A model generated the notes under the pieces. It saw only the letters and a list, made by a program, of their open reading frames with translations, was not told the origin of the DNA and did not search any database. This document shows, piece by piece, positions 50,520 to 64,000 of a stretch of DNA of 64,000 nucleotides; the first letter of the stretch is position 1; the number at the start of each line of letters is the position of its first letter. Source of the stretch: Felis catus (Eukaryota). The stretch lies in contig NC_058368.1 of assembly GCF_018350175.1 (NCBI RefSeq), positions 160,768,001 to 160,832,000 of the forward strand. The letters are read 5' to 3'. The position numbers and the translations under genes were made by a program.

Positions 50520-52440
50520 CTTGAGACTTTCTCTTCAACTCATGGATTAGATAGATGTGATTTTTATTTTCTAAATATTTGGAGATTTTTTGCCTACCTC
50601 TCTAATATTGACGTCTAGTTTAATTTTGTCTCAGTCCAAAAGCATATTATAGTAATTTCTGTTTTTAAATTTATTAAGGTTTGTTTTATACTCCTGGATG
50701 CAGTTTACATAGATGTCTGCTCCGTTTGTACTTGAAAAGACTGTGTATTCTACTATTGTTAGATGGAATGCTCCAGAACTCTCAAAGAGATCCAAGTGAT
50801 GGACAGTTGCTTGGGGGTTATCTATTTTTTTATTCATTTTCTGGCTACTTGTTCTGTCAATTTCTGAGAGAGGCATGTTAATGTCTCCAATCATAATTAC
50901 AACTCCATTTATTCTTCCTTTTGTTTTTATCCATTATTTCCCCATGTGTTTCGATACTTTTTTTTTAATGTTTGTTTATTTTTGAGAGAGAGAGAGGGAG
51001 AGTGACAAGAGTGTAAGTGAAGGAGGGGAAGAGAGAGAGGGAGATACAGATCCAAAGCAGGCTCCAGACTCTGAGCTGTCAGCACAAAGTCCAACATGGG
51101 GCTCAAATCCAGTAACGTGAGATCATGACCTGACCCGAAGTCAGACACTCAACCAACTGAGCCACCCAGGCATCCTATTTGATACTGTCTTGACACATGG
51201 ATACAAATTTAAGATTCTTTAGTCTTTTGGGTAAAATTTACCCGTTTCATCATTTGTTTCCTGTCTATCTCTGAAAAAGTTTCTTGTACTGAAATGTAAT
51301 TTATATGAAATTAATATAGTTTCTTGAGATTTATTTTGGTTAATGATTTCATCTTTCTTCATCCTCTTACCATACATAACCTATCAGTATCTTATATTTG
51401 TAGTGGATTCTTATTGACAAATATAGTTGGGTCATTATTGTTTTATATAAGATTCTCTTTTGACTAGTGGGTTTAGATCATTGACATTCACAATGACTAT
51501 TGATGTGACTGGATTATATTGTAGCATCTTGTTATCTGTTTTCTATTTTCTCCATTTGATCCTTCCTTGTAACTTTTTTCTCTTTTTCTGTCTTCTCTGG
51601 TTTTAATTTAGCAGTTTTTAATGAGCCCATTTAATCTAATTTATTGGTTATATTATCTTAACACATTTTTTACTGGTTGCTCTGGGGTTCACAATATACA
51701 TTTAAAAATAACCTGCAACAGTTGTAACATAATATTATATCACCTGTGTGCAGTGTAAGAAATTTTTAATTGTGTAAAACCTATTCTCTCTTCCATCCCT
51801 TATGCCATTGTTTTCCTGAATTTTATGCTGTAAACACCTAATATATAATTCAGCCTGGTTTTTATCAGTTATGTTTTCAAAAACTACAAATAAGAAAAAA
51901 ATACTATATGTACTTTTATTTTTTTTCCATTTTCAATATTCTGATGTTCTATTTTCTGAATGATCCTGTCCCTTTTTCCTAAAGACCATTCTCAAACATT
52001 TCTTTCACAGTAGGTCTAATAGCAATGGGTTCGCTTAGTTTTTGTTTCTTTGAAAGCATTTATTTCTCCTTAAATTCTCAATAATGTTTTCACTGGATAT
52101 AGAATTCTGCATTGACCACTTTTTTATTCAGCACATTAAAGATACCACTCTCCTGTCTTGTTTAAGGTTTTCTGATGAACAGATTGCTATAATTCTTAAT
52201 CCTTGTCCTTCTATAAATAGTATATTGTTGTTGTCATGGTTGCTGTTAATATTTTTTCTTTTCATTGGTTATCATTGGTTTTTAACAAGTTAAATATGAT
52301 ATGCATAGTTTTGCTGTCTCTTAGATTTGTGGTTTGCTCTCTAACTTTGGAAAATACTCAGCATTATTTTCTTCTATATTGTAATCTGTTTATTCTACTT
52401 TTAATATTCTGATTACCTATGTGTTGAATTCTGACATTGT
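50520..52440 (-). mobile_element. Old L1M endonuclease and upstream region (SINE nested)
   Basis: ORF 50631-50894 MIGDINMPLSEIDRTSSQK...YKTNLNKFK is L1 endonuclease-like. Confidence 0.85.
50958..51176 (-). mobile_element. SINEC
   Basis: Full head and AG tract; flanks share gatact. Confidence 0.94.
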
Positions 52441-53980
52441 CACAGTGAAAGTAATGGCTAGAAAGAGGGAGATTGATTGTCTCTGACCAAATGTTAACCC
52501 AAACATCTACCCATGATTAGGAGTAAATTACAATACAAACTGATATTTCAAGTAACAAATGAGTTATCCTTGTCATTTTCTATCAACAAGAGCACATTTA
52601 CTAAGAATTTCTCACCAGAAATATAATGGGAGTCCTGAAATACAGTTGCAGATGGATTTAGATCATTGGAACTGCTATTTTGAACTCAAATTTTAGCCTC
52701 CTTAAATGTTAGCTTGAGTTCTAGGCTTATTTCCTACTATTACAAATCATGGGCATCTCACATCTAGCTGAAGAAGAGATGAATTTATTTTCATAATTTT
52801 TTTAAGTTTAGAGAATAAGTTTTTTTTCCCTAAACTATACCCTCAGCAGGCAATTTTTTTCTTTTTGTGATATTAATCAAGATTGACTAAAGTATGTATT
52901 TGCTCACTGTAATGGAGAGTGGAAAAGCTAATATCTGAAAATAATAGCTTTCATAGTAAAAGATGAGCTCAGGCAAGAAAATATGTAGATAAAAGGTTTT
53001 TGAGTAGGTAAGTATTGACACTATCGAACACACTTTTCCCCAAAATCTCCTGCAATGGAAGAGATGGATAAAATCTGCAGTGCTTAACCCATCAAGTCGC
53101 AATTTCACTTTAAGGACAAGTGTCTTGGATTACATGGATGTCCAGTATTACCACCTCAGTGACGTCATCCTGGTTCATGCCATCAAGATTTCTCAATGAC
53201 TGTAAAAGACTTGGAACTGTGTTCTCAAATTTTCACCTTAGGACCTATCGTCTCTTCTCCTTTCAAGGTAATTTACCCAGTCTGCAGTTCAGGGTCTAGG
53301 ATTTTATTTTATGTCTGTCCTTGATAAAATACAAGCTGAATTAGGGTAGGGATAGTTGGAATTATTTTTCATTATGTATTCTCATAATCACTGGAACCTA
53401 GTAAGTACTAATAAATGTTAAAAAATTAATGAATGTTTTACCAGAAAAACCATTTTGACATAACTTCTTATCTTAGATATTGATACTATATATGGAAAAG
53501 ATATGTGAGGGAAGCTATGCAAAAATGCTACCTGAGGATCAAAAGGAAACTAAATGCATATATCAGATAAATTGCTTTTGGAAATCAAATCTAAGAAATT
53601 CAGGTATTTTCATTCAAGTTTTTTGTACAATGGGAAAATCTAAAAATAAAATTAATTTTTAAAAAATTAAAATAAAAAGGGATCTTGACAAGCTAAGTAA
53701 ACTAAGAATGAGAAAAACATCACTAGGAATGAAAATGAAAGGTGGAGTGAGAGATGTGAACATGATGGAGTAAAGACACTCCAAAAAAGCCACAAAAGTA
53801 GCCACAAATTGTCAGAATTCCAAAAATTAACCTGAGACTTCAGCCATGAGGTGGCATGTCATCAAGAAAAATGGAATGGCTGAATCTTAGCATCAACAAC
53901 ATGCTTTGTGGTATTTCATCTCTTCTAGTTTCATCCACCACTTGATGTCTAAAGAGTAGCTTTAGAAAGATAATAGGCCA

Positions 53981-54190
53981 GGGGCGCCTGGGTGGCGCAG
54001 TCGGTTAAGCGTCCGACTTCAGCCAGGTCAGGATCTCGCGGTCCGTGAGTTCGAGCCCCGCGTCAGGCTCTGGGCTGATGGCTCAGAGCCTGGAGCCTGT
54101 TTCCGATTCAGTGTCTCCCTCTCTCTCTGCCCCTCCCCCGTTCATGCTCTGTCTCTCTCTGTCCCAAAAATAAATGTTGAAAAAAAAAAA
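53981..54190 (+). mobile_element. Very young SINEC_Fc-like
   Basis: CpG-rich, pure A tail, perfect 15-bp TSD aaagataataggcca. Confidence 0.97.
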
Positions 54191-54459
54191 AAAGATAATA
54201 GGCCATACTCCTGGTATCAGAGGAAGCACAATAGCACTGCAGCTCTTTCCAAACTTTATTTCCAAAGAATAGTAATTACTTGACCTGAGTTGTGGTTCTC
54301 TGGAAGACTCTACTAAAATAGCTTATTTTATTTCACCTTATTTGAACTTGCTGAGTGCTAAAAGCTTCTCCCCAAGAGGTATTTGTCAAATGTTATAACA
54401 CCCTGACTGCCTAGAGTGATTTAGAAGAGTTGGGCACACAAAAGATTAACCAAAATCTT

Positions 54460-54679
54460 GAAAAAAAATTTTTTAATGTTGATTTATTTTTGAGAGAGAC
54501 AGAGACAGAATGCGAGTGGGTTAGGGGCAGAGAGAGAGAGGGAGACACAGAATCCAAAGCAGGCTCCAGGCTCTGAGCTGTCAGCACAGAGCCCAACGCA
54601 GGGCTTGAACTCACAAGTTGTGAGATCATGACCTGAGCCGAAGTCAGACGCTCAACCGACCGAGCCACCCAGGCACCCC
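54460..54679 (-). mobile_element. SINEC
   Basis: 17-bp TSD agattaaccaaaatctt. Confidence 0.96.
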
Positions 54680-57600
54680 AGATTAACCAAAATCTTAAAA
54701 GGGAAAGGTGAAGAATGAGATGTGTGTAGGGGCTTTAAAAAAAACCTGACATATTCCTAGGAAGCATCATGCATTCAAAGAGTTGTGTTCATGTTCAGGG
54801 AATTAAAGAAAAAAAAAAAAAAACATGAGAAGGTCTTAATGATATATAGATCTTTGATATATCCTGAGGCTCTGCACAGCAGAAAATGAAGGTTAAGTCC
54901 GGGTTCAAAATTCCTGGTTGTATGTTGAAGATGTGTCCTAACAGTCACACAGAGCCCCTCAGCAAAGACTGGGAGATTTATTCCAAGAATTTTTAAAAAT
55001 CCATAATTAGTTATTATCTGATCACTAACCAAACTAAAATAAATTTAATGGCCACACACTATAAAGAAACAGACTTTAAAATTTGTTTAGAAATGTCATT
55101 AAATAACAAAAAAGTAAGCAGCAACAACAAACTCTGCGTAGGAGGAGCATCTGATTTCCAGAGTTGTACCTTACATTACTGGAAACACATATTTTTCATC
55201 AAAATATTATGATATATATGAAGAACCAAGCAAGTATTACCCATCCAAAAGAAAAAAAAAATCAATAGGAACCATCCCCAAGGAAGCCTCAATTACTGTA
55301 AATTAGCTATTTTAAGTGTGCTCAAAGAGCTAAAGGAGATCATGTCTAAATAACTAGAGGAGCACATGAGAATGTTCTGTCAACAAACACAGAATATCAA
55401 TAAGGAGATAGAAATTATGAAAAAAGGATCAAATATAAATCCTACAGTTGAAAACTACTGTAGCTGATATAAAAATTCAGTAGAAAAGATCAACTGCAGA
55501 CCTGTGCAAGCCGAAGAAAGAATCAGCAAACCTGACAAAAGATAAATTCAGAGTATCCAGTCTGAGGAATAAGCAAAGGATGAAAAAAGATAAATGGAAC
55601 CTCAGAGACCTGTGGGAAACCATCAGATGCACCAACATCAAGTGGACAATTGAAAGAACTAAAGGCAGAAAGAGATATTTCAATAATATTTGGACATTTC
55701 AATACCCAATTTTCAATAACGTATAAAATAAATAGGCAGAAAATATAAAAAAAAATAGAAGACTTTAACATTATTAGTGAACTAGAACTAAAAGACATTC
55801 TACCCAACAAAAGAACACATTCTTCTCAAGTACTCAAAGAACATTTTCTAGGATAGACCATATGTTTCTTAATAAAACAAGCCTCAAAAATTTTAAAGGA
55901 TGGATATCATATAAAGTATGTCCTCTGAACATATTAAAGGAATTAGAAATCAGTACCAGAAGGAAATTTAGGAAATTTAAAAATATGTGGTTCTTAAACA
56001 ACAAATTAACCAAAGAGTCAAATAATGAACCGTAGTGGAATTACAAAATACTTGGTAATATCAGTACTTATTGCAGGCAATAAAATTAGTGCTCAGATGG
56101 ACATTTACAGCTATAAATGTTTCCAATAAAAACGAACATCCCAAATCAGTAACCTAATCTCCTACTTTTATAATAATGGAGTAAAATTCAGTAATCCAAT
56201 GCAAGAAAAAGAAGGAAGAAGTAAATATTAGACAACAACAAAAATAAAATATAGAGAAAATTGAACAAAACCAAAAACTGATTCTTTGCAAAGATACACC
56301 CAATTCCAACCAAGGAAAAAGAAAAGTTTCAATTGTTGAAATCAGGAATTAAAAATGTATCTTAACTACAGACTTTACAGAAATAGAAGTGGATTATAAG
56401 GGAATGTTTTAAAAAGGTATATGCCAAACAATTAACCGATAGTGAGTACATTTCTATAAAGACATAAACAGATTGAATTAGTAATAAAAACAACTTTACA
56501 AACAATCATTCAGGACCAGATGACCTCACTGGTACATTCAACCAAATAATTAAAAGAGTAACACTAATACTTCTTAAATACCTATTTGTTAAAAAGAAGA
56601 TATATAGAAACACTTCTTAACTCATTTTAGGAGGCCAATATTATCTTGGTAAAGTCAGACAAAGTTCTCACAAGAAAATATAGTATGCCAGTGTCCTCTA
56701 TGAATATTGACACAAATATTCTCAGCAAAATATTAGAAAAGCAAATTTAAAGGATTATATATATGATGTATATATATACATACATATATATGTAATACAG
56801 TATTATATACTATAAACAAGTGGGAGTTATCTCACAAATGTGAGGATGGGTCAACATACAGAAATCAATCAATGTAATATACCATATTTATAGAATAACG
56901 GGGGAAATGGAAAAATATTTACATATTTATCATACTAGATGCAGAAAAATGTTTTTGATAGAGGATAGCTACAGAAAATCCACAATCAACACCATTCTTA
57001 ATGCTGAGAAACTGAAAGCTGTTACTTAAGATCAGGAAAAAGACAAAAAAGTCTGCCCTTGTCCATTTTATTCAACATGGTATTGGAAGTTCTAGACAGG
57101 GCGATAAGAGATAGTTTTACTTTTTACAATCAAGTCTGAGTATTTTTATTTCTTTTGTTTGCCTATTTGCAGCTGACATGATTTTATACATAAGAATTCT
57201 TGAAGAATCCAAAAAGATAATAAAAATGATAAGTTCAGTAAGGTTGCAAGACAAAAAAATTAATACACAAAACTCAATTATATTTCTATATGCTAGCAAT
57301 TTATAATTCATTCATAAAATTAAGAAAACAATTCCATTTATAATAGCATGAAAAATAAGATAATTAGGAATAAGTTAAACAGGGAGGTAAAAAATTTGTA
57401 CACGTAAAACCACAGGAAATTAAAGACCTAAATAAATGGAAAGACTCCTCATGTTTATGGATAGGCAGTCTTAATATTGTGAAGATAGCAATACTTCCTA
57501 TACATATTCAATATAATTCTTATCAAAACTCCAACTACTTTTTTTTTTTTACAGAAATATACAGGATGATCCTAATAGTCACATAGATACATAAGAGACT

Positions 57601-58689
57601 GAGAATAGTACCCCCCCCTCTGCAAATCTAGAAAAAGTAGAAATCTGTAGGACTTATGTATCCCAACTTCAAAACCTAGTAACACAGCTACAGTAATAAA
57701 ATGTGTTACTAACATAAGGATAGACAAAACAATAGAATAGAGTTTGGATTCCAGACCTAAAACCTCCCTTTTATACTCAGTCGATTTTCAACAAGGGTGT
57801 TAAGAAAATTTAATGGTGAAAAGAATCACCTTTTTAACAAACCATCTTTTTATCTAGTTGCTGGGACAACTGGATATTCATGTGTAAAGGAATGAATCTG
57901 AAACCCTACCTTCTACCACATATAAAAATTAACTCAAAATTGATCACATATGTACATTATTTTTAATCATGACAACAAAATTATAAAACTCTTAAAACAT
58001 AGTTATAAATCTTTGCAATATCATATTAGGGAGTTTTTGAGATAGGACACCAAAAATGAAGCAACCAAAGAAAAATTACGATACACTGGAACTCATCAAA
58101 CATAAAACCTTTTGTGTATCAAACAGAATGGAAGAAAATATTTGCAAGTAATACATATGATAAAAGTCTAGTATCCAAAATCTATAGAGAACTCTCATAG
58201 CCCAACGTAACAAGATACATCAATTAAACATGGGAAAAATATTTCAATAGATATTTCTCCAAAGAATATATACAAATGGCCAATAAGCACATGTAAAGGG
58301 ACTCAGCATCATTGTCATTAGGGAATAAAAACCAAATTAATACATAATGTGCTACCACTGCACACACAAAAACCAAAAAGGAAATGGTATAATAATGTAA
58401 ACACAAATATAAAACAAGAAGCATTGCCAAACATGTGGAGTAATTGTAACTCTCATGCATTGCTTGTGGAAATATGATTTCAGTCAAAACAGAAAATGGT
58501 TTGGTAGTTCCACAAAAAGTTAGACTTGCTACATAACTTAATGTTTCACTCCTTGGTATATACACATCAAATAACAATTAAAAATTGAAAACAGGTACTC
58601 AAATAGAAATTAATACATGAATGTTAGAACAATATTCATAAAAGCTAAAAGATTGAAGCAGCCTAAGGGTCCATCAACAGATGAAAAAT

Positions 58690-58868
58690 TATATATTAAT
58701 ATGAATACATATGTATATATATTATATTATATAAATATATTTTATATGCATATAGATTATACTATAATCATACAATTATGTAATATATAATTATATTAAT
58801 AGAACTTACAGTATATAAACATATATATTTATATAAAATTCATTTTATAAATATATATGAATATTATT
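58690..58868. repeat. Degenerate TA-rich low-complexity tract inside L1M
   Basis: Imperfect tata/tatt runs; a smaller one lies at 56755-56812. Confidence 0.85.
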
Positions 58869-60199
58869 CACCCATAAAAAAAGAATAAACAATTGATACA
58901 TACTACAACATCAATGGACCTTGGAATCATTATGCTGTGAAAGAAGCCAAAGCCACATATTTTATAATTCCATTTATATAAGATATTCAGATTAAGCAGA
59001 TCCATATAGTCAGAAAGTATACTTTCCCCCTGGGTGCAAAGGGGAAGGGGGAGAGAAACTGACTGATAACTGGAATGGGGTTTCTTTTTGGAGTATTAAA
59101 TATTCTAAAATTACTTGTGATGGTTGTACAACCTTGGCCATATACTAAAAACCACTCAAGTTTTTACTTTAAAGTGGTGGATTTTATGTATTTAAATTAT
59201 ATCACAATAAATATACACTTACATACATGCAAAATTGTGCAAAAATCTAGGAACATTATAATTGTCAAAATTCTTAGGATGGATGGTATGATGAAAACCC
59301 AATAATTGTGATTACTACATGAACTCAGGAAATATCACTATCATAAGGCTTTTGCAGTGAGGTCAACAATAAATAAGTGAAAATCTATAGTAACAGTGTT
59401 GCATTTTTAATACAGAATATATCTAAATATAGAACTAAAGCTAAAGAGTTTTGTGAATTATGAATAACAGAATATAACAGATTGACTCATACAGGATAGG
59501 TGATATAAAAAATGTTGCATCTACAAAAATACCAATTTCACACAGCTTACCACAAAGATGTTATAGAGACAAAGTAAAAATTATATTTTAAAAAGTGTAG
59601 AGAAAGAGGTGACAGAAAATGATAGCATGTCAATTTCTGTATTTTTTCCTAATGATGTGACAAATTATATAGTCAAACTGATAACTGTGGGAAAATTTTA
59701 ATGTCTTATTTAAAATGATAAACATTAAAGATAAAGTAAGCTATGTTAACAGAACAAAATATAATTAACAATAATTGAGAGATTGAAAATGGAAAATTGA
59801 GAGGAGGTAAGGAAATATTTTAACTGTAAGAATTTTCTAATCTTACATTCTTAAAAAATGTAGCTAAATATTTGACACCAGAAAGGGAATAGGAACCTAA
59901 ATAGAATGGAATTAACAAAAAAGAATAGAACCAAATTCATGTTAGTCTTTATAATTATATTTGAATCATAAATTAGTGGCAAAAAATTGGACATTTCAAC
60001 TGTTTTTATCATAACTATTCAGGATAAAACATGGTTCTCCTCTTCCTTGTGTATGTCAAAGATAAATAATTACAGACGATTTGTAAAAGAAGTCATAAAT
60101 GCAACACACCATGTATGTTGTATATTATACATTCAGTATTTGGTATTATGTTTTTGGAAAGAAATATGACAATGTCAATCAAAATGTAAAATGTACATT

Positions 60200-60428
60200 A
60201 TTTTATTTTATTTTAATTTTTTTAACATTTATTTATTTATTATTGAGAAACAGACACAGAGCGTGAGCAGGGGTGGGGTAGAGAGAGGGGGAGACACAGA
60301 ATCTGAAGCAGGCTCCAGGCTCTGAGATATCAGCACAGACCCTGACGCGGGGCTCGAACTCACAAACTGCCAGATCATGACCTGAGCCGAAGTCGGTTGC
60401 TCAACCAACTGAGCCACCCATGCGCCCC
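60200..60428 (-). mobile_element. SINEC
   Basis: Full head ending gcgcccc on the + strand; T-rich tail. Confidence 0.94.
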
Positions 60429-60599
60429 TTAGATTCAATAATGTAACTTCTAGAAATTCATCCTGGATATTCACAGAAAAAATAGGAAAACACGGAAACG
60501 TATGCACAGAATTTTCTCATAATAGCCAAAGTTTGGAATTGACTTGAATGACCATCAGTAGCAAATTACTTTTTTTGAAAAGTATGTAGGGTATATGTG

Positions 60600-63500
60600 A
60601 AGGAGATTTATTTACTAATTTCAGAATGTGAGCTACAAGGACAGGGATCTTCAGATTTTTACAGGAACAAGAGTGCTGGCAGATGCCCTTTCCCTTCCCC
60701 TCCCTCAGTATAGACAGCAGCAACCAGACCTAACATTCCATCTCTCCTGCTAGTACTACATGCCCCACCCTCATGTTGCCCCTCAGCCTCCCCTCATCCA
60801 ACCCGCCAGCCTCAGCAGGCTCCCTCTGGAGTGGCTCCTACCCTACCACACCCTGCAAGCAGTCCCTGCAGGAACCTCCACCACCTTAAAGTGACTCCTG
60901 TCTGCGGAGGGGGGAAATAAGCCCACACACCAGTGCCCCGGCAGTTCCTGCAGCCAGGTCTTGTAGCTGGCTACAGAAGGAGCAAGATTTGCCCTTCTGC
61001 TGCCTACAGCTGTGGCAGAAAGGCTTATTGTAGACACCTAGTCTGACTCCTGGCCTCTCTCACAAAGAGCCTGCAGTGGTCTTGGGCCTCTCAACACAGT
61101 AATCAAACCCAGTCCAGTCAGTGCATACACAGCAGGAAAACTGGGTCAGAGCAGCCAACTGAACTGAGGATAAACATGACTCAATCACAACAGTAGAGTA
61201 CAGACAGCTCACCCAGGAGACACCCTGGATGCCTGGTGCTGGTGACCAGGGGCACTGGTAAAGAAAGAAGGCCCATCTATTTGCTGCCTAGAAGAGACTC
61301 ACTTCAGACCTAAGAATACACACAGATTGAAAGTGAAGGGGTGGACAAACATATTCTGTGAAAATGGAACCAATTAAAAAAAAAAAGCCAGGGTAGCAAT
61401 ATTTAGATGGATGAATGGATAAAGAAAATGTGGTATATATATATACAATGGAGTATTACTCGGCAATCAAAAAGAATGAAATCTTGGCATTTGCAACTAC
61501 ATGGATGGAACGGGAGGGTATTATGCTAAGTGAAATTACTCAGAAAAAGACAAAAATCATATAACTTCACTCATATGAGGACTTTAAGAGACAAAACAGA
61601 TGAACATAAGGGAAGGGGAACAAAAATAATATAAAAATAAGGAGGGAGACAAAACAGAAGAGACTCATGAATATGGAGAACAAACTGAGGGTTGTGGGGG
61701 GGCGGATGGGCTAAATGGGTAAGGGGCATTAAGGAATCTACTCCTGAAATCATTGTTTCACTATATGCTAATTTGGATGTAAATTAAAAAAAATAAAAAG
61801 TAAAATAAAATAAATAAAATAAAAAATAAGATAAAATAAGCTTTAAAACGAAGGCTGGAGTGAGAGAAAAGAAGACTACTACATACTGATAAAGTGATGA
61901 ATCCAACAAGAGAACGTGTTAATTGTAAATATCTATGCAGCCAACATTGGAGCACCTAAGTACATAAAGAAAATATTAACAACTATAAAGGGAAAAATTA
62001 GCAGTAACACATTAATAATAGGGACTTTAACTCCTCACTTATAACAACAGATAGATTATCCAGACAAAACAACCAGGAGACTGTGGCTTTGAATGACACA
62101 TTATACCAGATGGATCTAACAGATATATATTGAACAGTCCATTCCCAAACAGCAGAATATATATTCTTTTCAAGTGCTCCAGGACAAATTACATGTTAGG
62201 CTACAAAATAAGTCTCAGTAAATTTAAGAAGACTGATACCGTGTCAAGCACCTCTCCCTACCACAAAGGTATAAAACTAAATTTCAATTACAATAAAAAA
62301 TCTAGATAAAACCACAAATACATTGAGGCTAAACAACATGCTACTAAACAATGAGTGGGTCAACCAAAATATCAAAGAGGAAAACAAGGAAGAAATACAA
62401 ATGAAATGAAAGGAGAACAGTCCAAAGTATTTGGGATACAGTGAAAGCAGTTCTAGGAGGGAAGATTATGGCATTATAGGCCTTCCTTGAGAAATAAAAA
62501 AAAAATCTCAAACAACTTAATCTTACACCTAAAGGAGTTAGAAAAAGAGGAACAAACAAATCTTAAAGCTAGTAGAAGTAAGGGAATAATAAAGATGTCA
62601 GCAGAGATAAATGGAAGAGACTTCAGGAGCTGGTTCTTTGAAAGATAAAAAGAGTAATAAAAATTTTGGAAGGCTCATGAAGAAGACAGAGAATTCAAAT
62701 AAAATCGGAAATGAAGGAAGAGAAATAAGAACTGATGCCACAGAATACACAGAGAATATTATGAAACTTATCTGCCAACAAATTAGACAATCTAGAAGAA
62801 ATGGAAAAATTCCTTGAAATATACACTCTTCCAAAACTAAATCAGAAAGAAGTGGAAAATTTAAACAGACTGATTACTAGTAATGAAATTGAATCAGTAA
62901 TTGAAACACTCCACTAAGCAAAGCCCAGGACCAAATGGCTTCACACTTGAATTTTACCAAACATTTAAAGAGTTAATGCCCCTTCTTTCTAAACTATTAC
63001 AAAAAACATAAGAGGTAAGAAAATTCCCAAATTCATTCTATAGGCCAGCATTACCGGGATATCAAAACCAAACAGCAAACTACCCAGAAAAACAGAACAA
63101 ACTACTGGCCAATCTCTGATTGACATAGATGCAAAAATCTCAATAAAATATTAGAAAACCAAATTCAACAATACATTAAAAAATCATTCATTATGATCAA
63201 GTGGGACTTGTTCCAGGGATGCATGGGTTTTTTAATATTTGAAAATCAATGTGATGCATCACATTATTAAGAAAGGGATAAACACTGTATGAATATCTTA
63301 ATAGATGCAGAAAAAGCATTTGACAAAATACAACATTTGTTCATGATAAAAACTCTAAGGGGGTTTAGAGCAAACATACCTCAATATACTAAATGCCATA
63401 TATATATATATATGATGAGTAACCTCATACTCAATGGTGAAAAAGAATTTCCTCTTGCCACTTTTATTCAACATAGTAGTGGAAGTCCTAGCTATAGTAA

Positions 63501-64000
63501 TCAAATGAAAGGCATCCAAACTGGTAAGAAAGAAGCAAAACTGTCACTATCTGCAGATGACATGATACTATATATATAGAAAACCCTAAACTCTGCTCCC
63601 ACCTAAAAAAAAACACACTATCAAATAAATAAATTCAGTAAATTTTCAGGATTCAAACTTTATATAGAGATATCTGTTGCATTTCTACACGCTAATAATG
63701 ATATAGCAGAAAGGGAAAGTAAGAAAACAATCTCATTTATGATTGTATCAAAAATAAAATACCTAGAAATAAATTTAACGAAGGATGTGAAATACCCATA
63801 CACTGAAAATTATAAAACACTGATGAAGAAATTGAAGACAACACAAATAAATGAAAACATATACCATGCTCACAGATTGCAAGAATTAATATTAAAATGT
63901 TCATACTACCCAAAGCAATCTACAAATTCGATGCAATCCCTATCAAAATACCCATTACATTTTTTTAAAGTTAGAGCAAATTCTAAAATTTGTATGGAAC
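60600..64000 (+). mobile_element. Carnivore LINE-1: 5'UTR joined to decayed ORF2, running off the window
   Basis: C-rich 5'UTR at 60600-61258, then endonuclease motif tgctgcctagaagagactcacttcagacc, [12 protein letters not shown] and SADDMILYI. Confidence 0.88.
61405..61830 (+). mobile_element. Younger LINE-1 3' end nested in the endonuclease region of the older L1
   Basis: Same family as 13565-14060 (aaggggcattaaggaatctactcctgaaatcattg) with an A-rich tail. Host sequence resumes at ataaaataagctttaaaac. Confidence 0.88.

Larger units (their letters stand above)
49384..53603 (+). pseudogene. Further exon-like remnants (49384-49442, 49870-50213, 50283-50396, 52591-52707, 52882-53007, 53477-53603); product unrecognised
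   Basis: AG/GT-bounded unique sequence between repeats. The last three segments join in one continuous phase (117, 126 and 127 nt) with scattered stops, and the last two end in gtaagt and CAG|gtattt donors. Confidence 0.45.
53700..59210 (+). mobile_element. Long decayed L1M element with an L1MB-like 3' end
   Basis: ORF1 remnant (55400-55640), ORF2 motifs (tttgcagctgacatg, aaatggaaagac) and a 3'UTR ending tatatcacaataaa. Carries two SINEs and TA-rich expansions. 5' limit approximate. Confidence 0.85.

Noticed and set aside
53981..54070. tRNA gene calls in SINE heads
   Set aside because: The A/B-box heads are followed by a CT tract, A tail and TSD, so they are tRNA-derived SINEs.
515..63579. 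Most 60-170 aa ORFs in the supplied track
   Set aside because: They lie in SINEs (MAQSVK... peptides), on the antisense strand of L1, or in low-complexity AT-rich DNA, and resemble no protein I recognise.

Overview
Mammalian, felid-like genomic DNA: AT-rich, with about 23 carnivore tRNA-derived SINEs (SINEC/Can-SINE) and two near-full-length cat-type LINE-1 elements on the minus strand. It also holds older L1M, L2, MIR, MLT and DNA-transposon relics. No intact host protein-coding gene, RNA gene or CRISPR array is visible; the only long clean ORFs are LINE-1 ORF1 and ORF2 fragments. The main non-repeat signal is a chain of about 17 short splice-site-bounded segments on the + strand (1084-42992). 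Their translations, allowing for stops and frameshifts, follow the C-terminal HEAT-repeat half of the maestro heat-like repeat family (MROH1/MROH2B) in the correct order. This looks like a decayed, intron-containing MROH-like pseudogene that the ORF track does not reveal. Further phase-compatible exon-like segments (49384-53603) may encode an unrecognised C-terminal extension. All protein comparisons were made by eye against remembered human MROH1/MROH2B sequences and need confirming by search. Repeat subfamily names are approximate.
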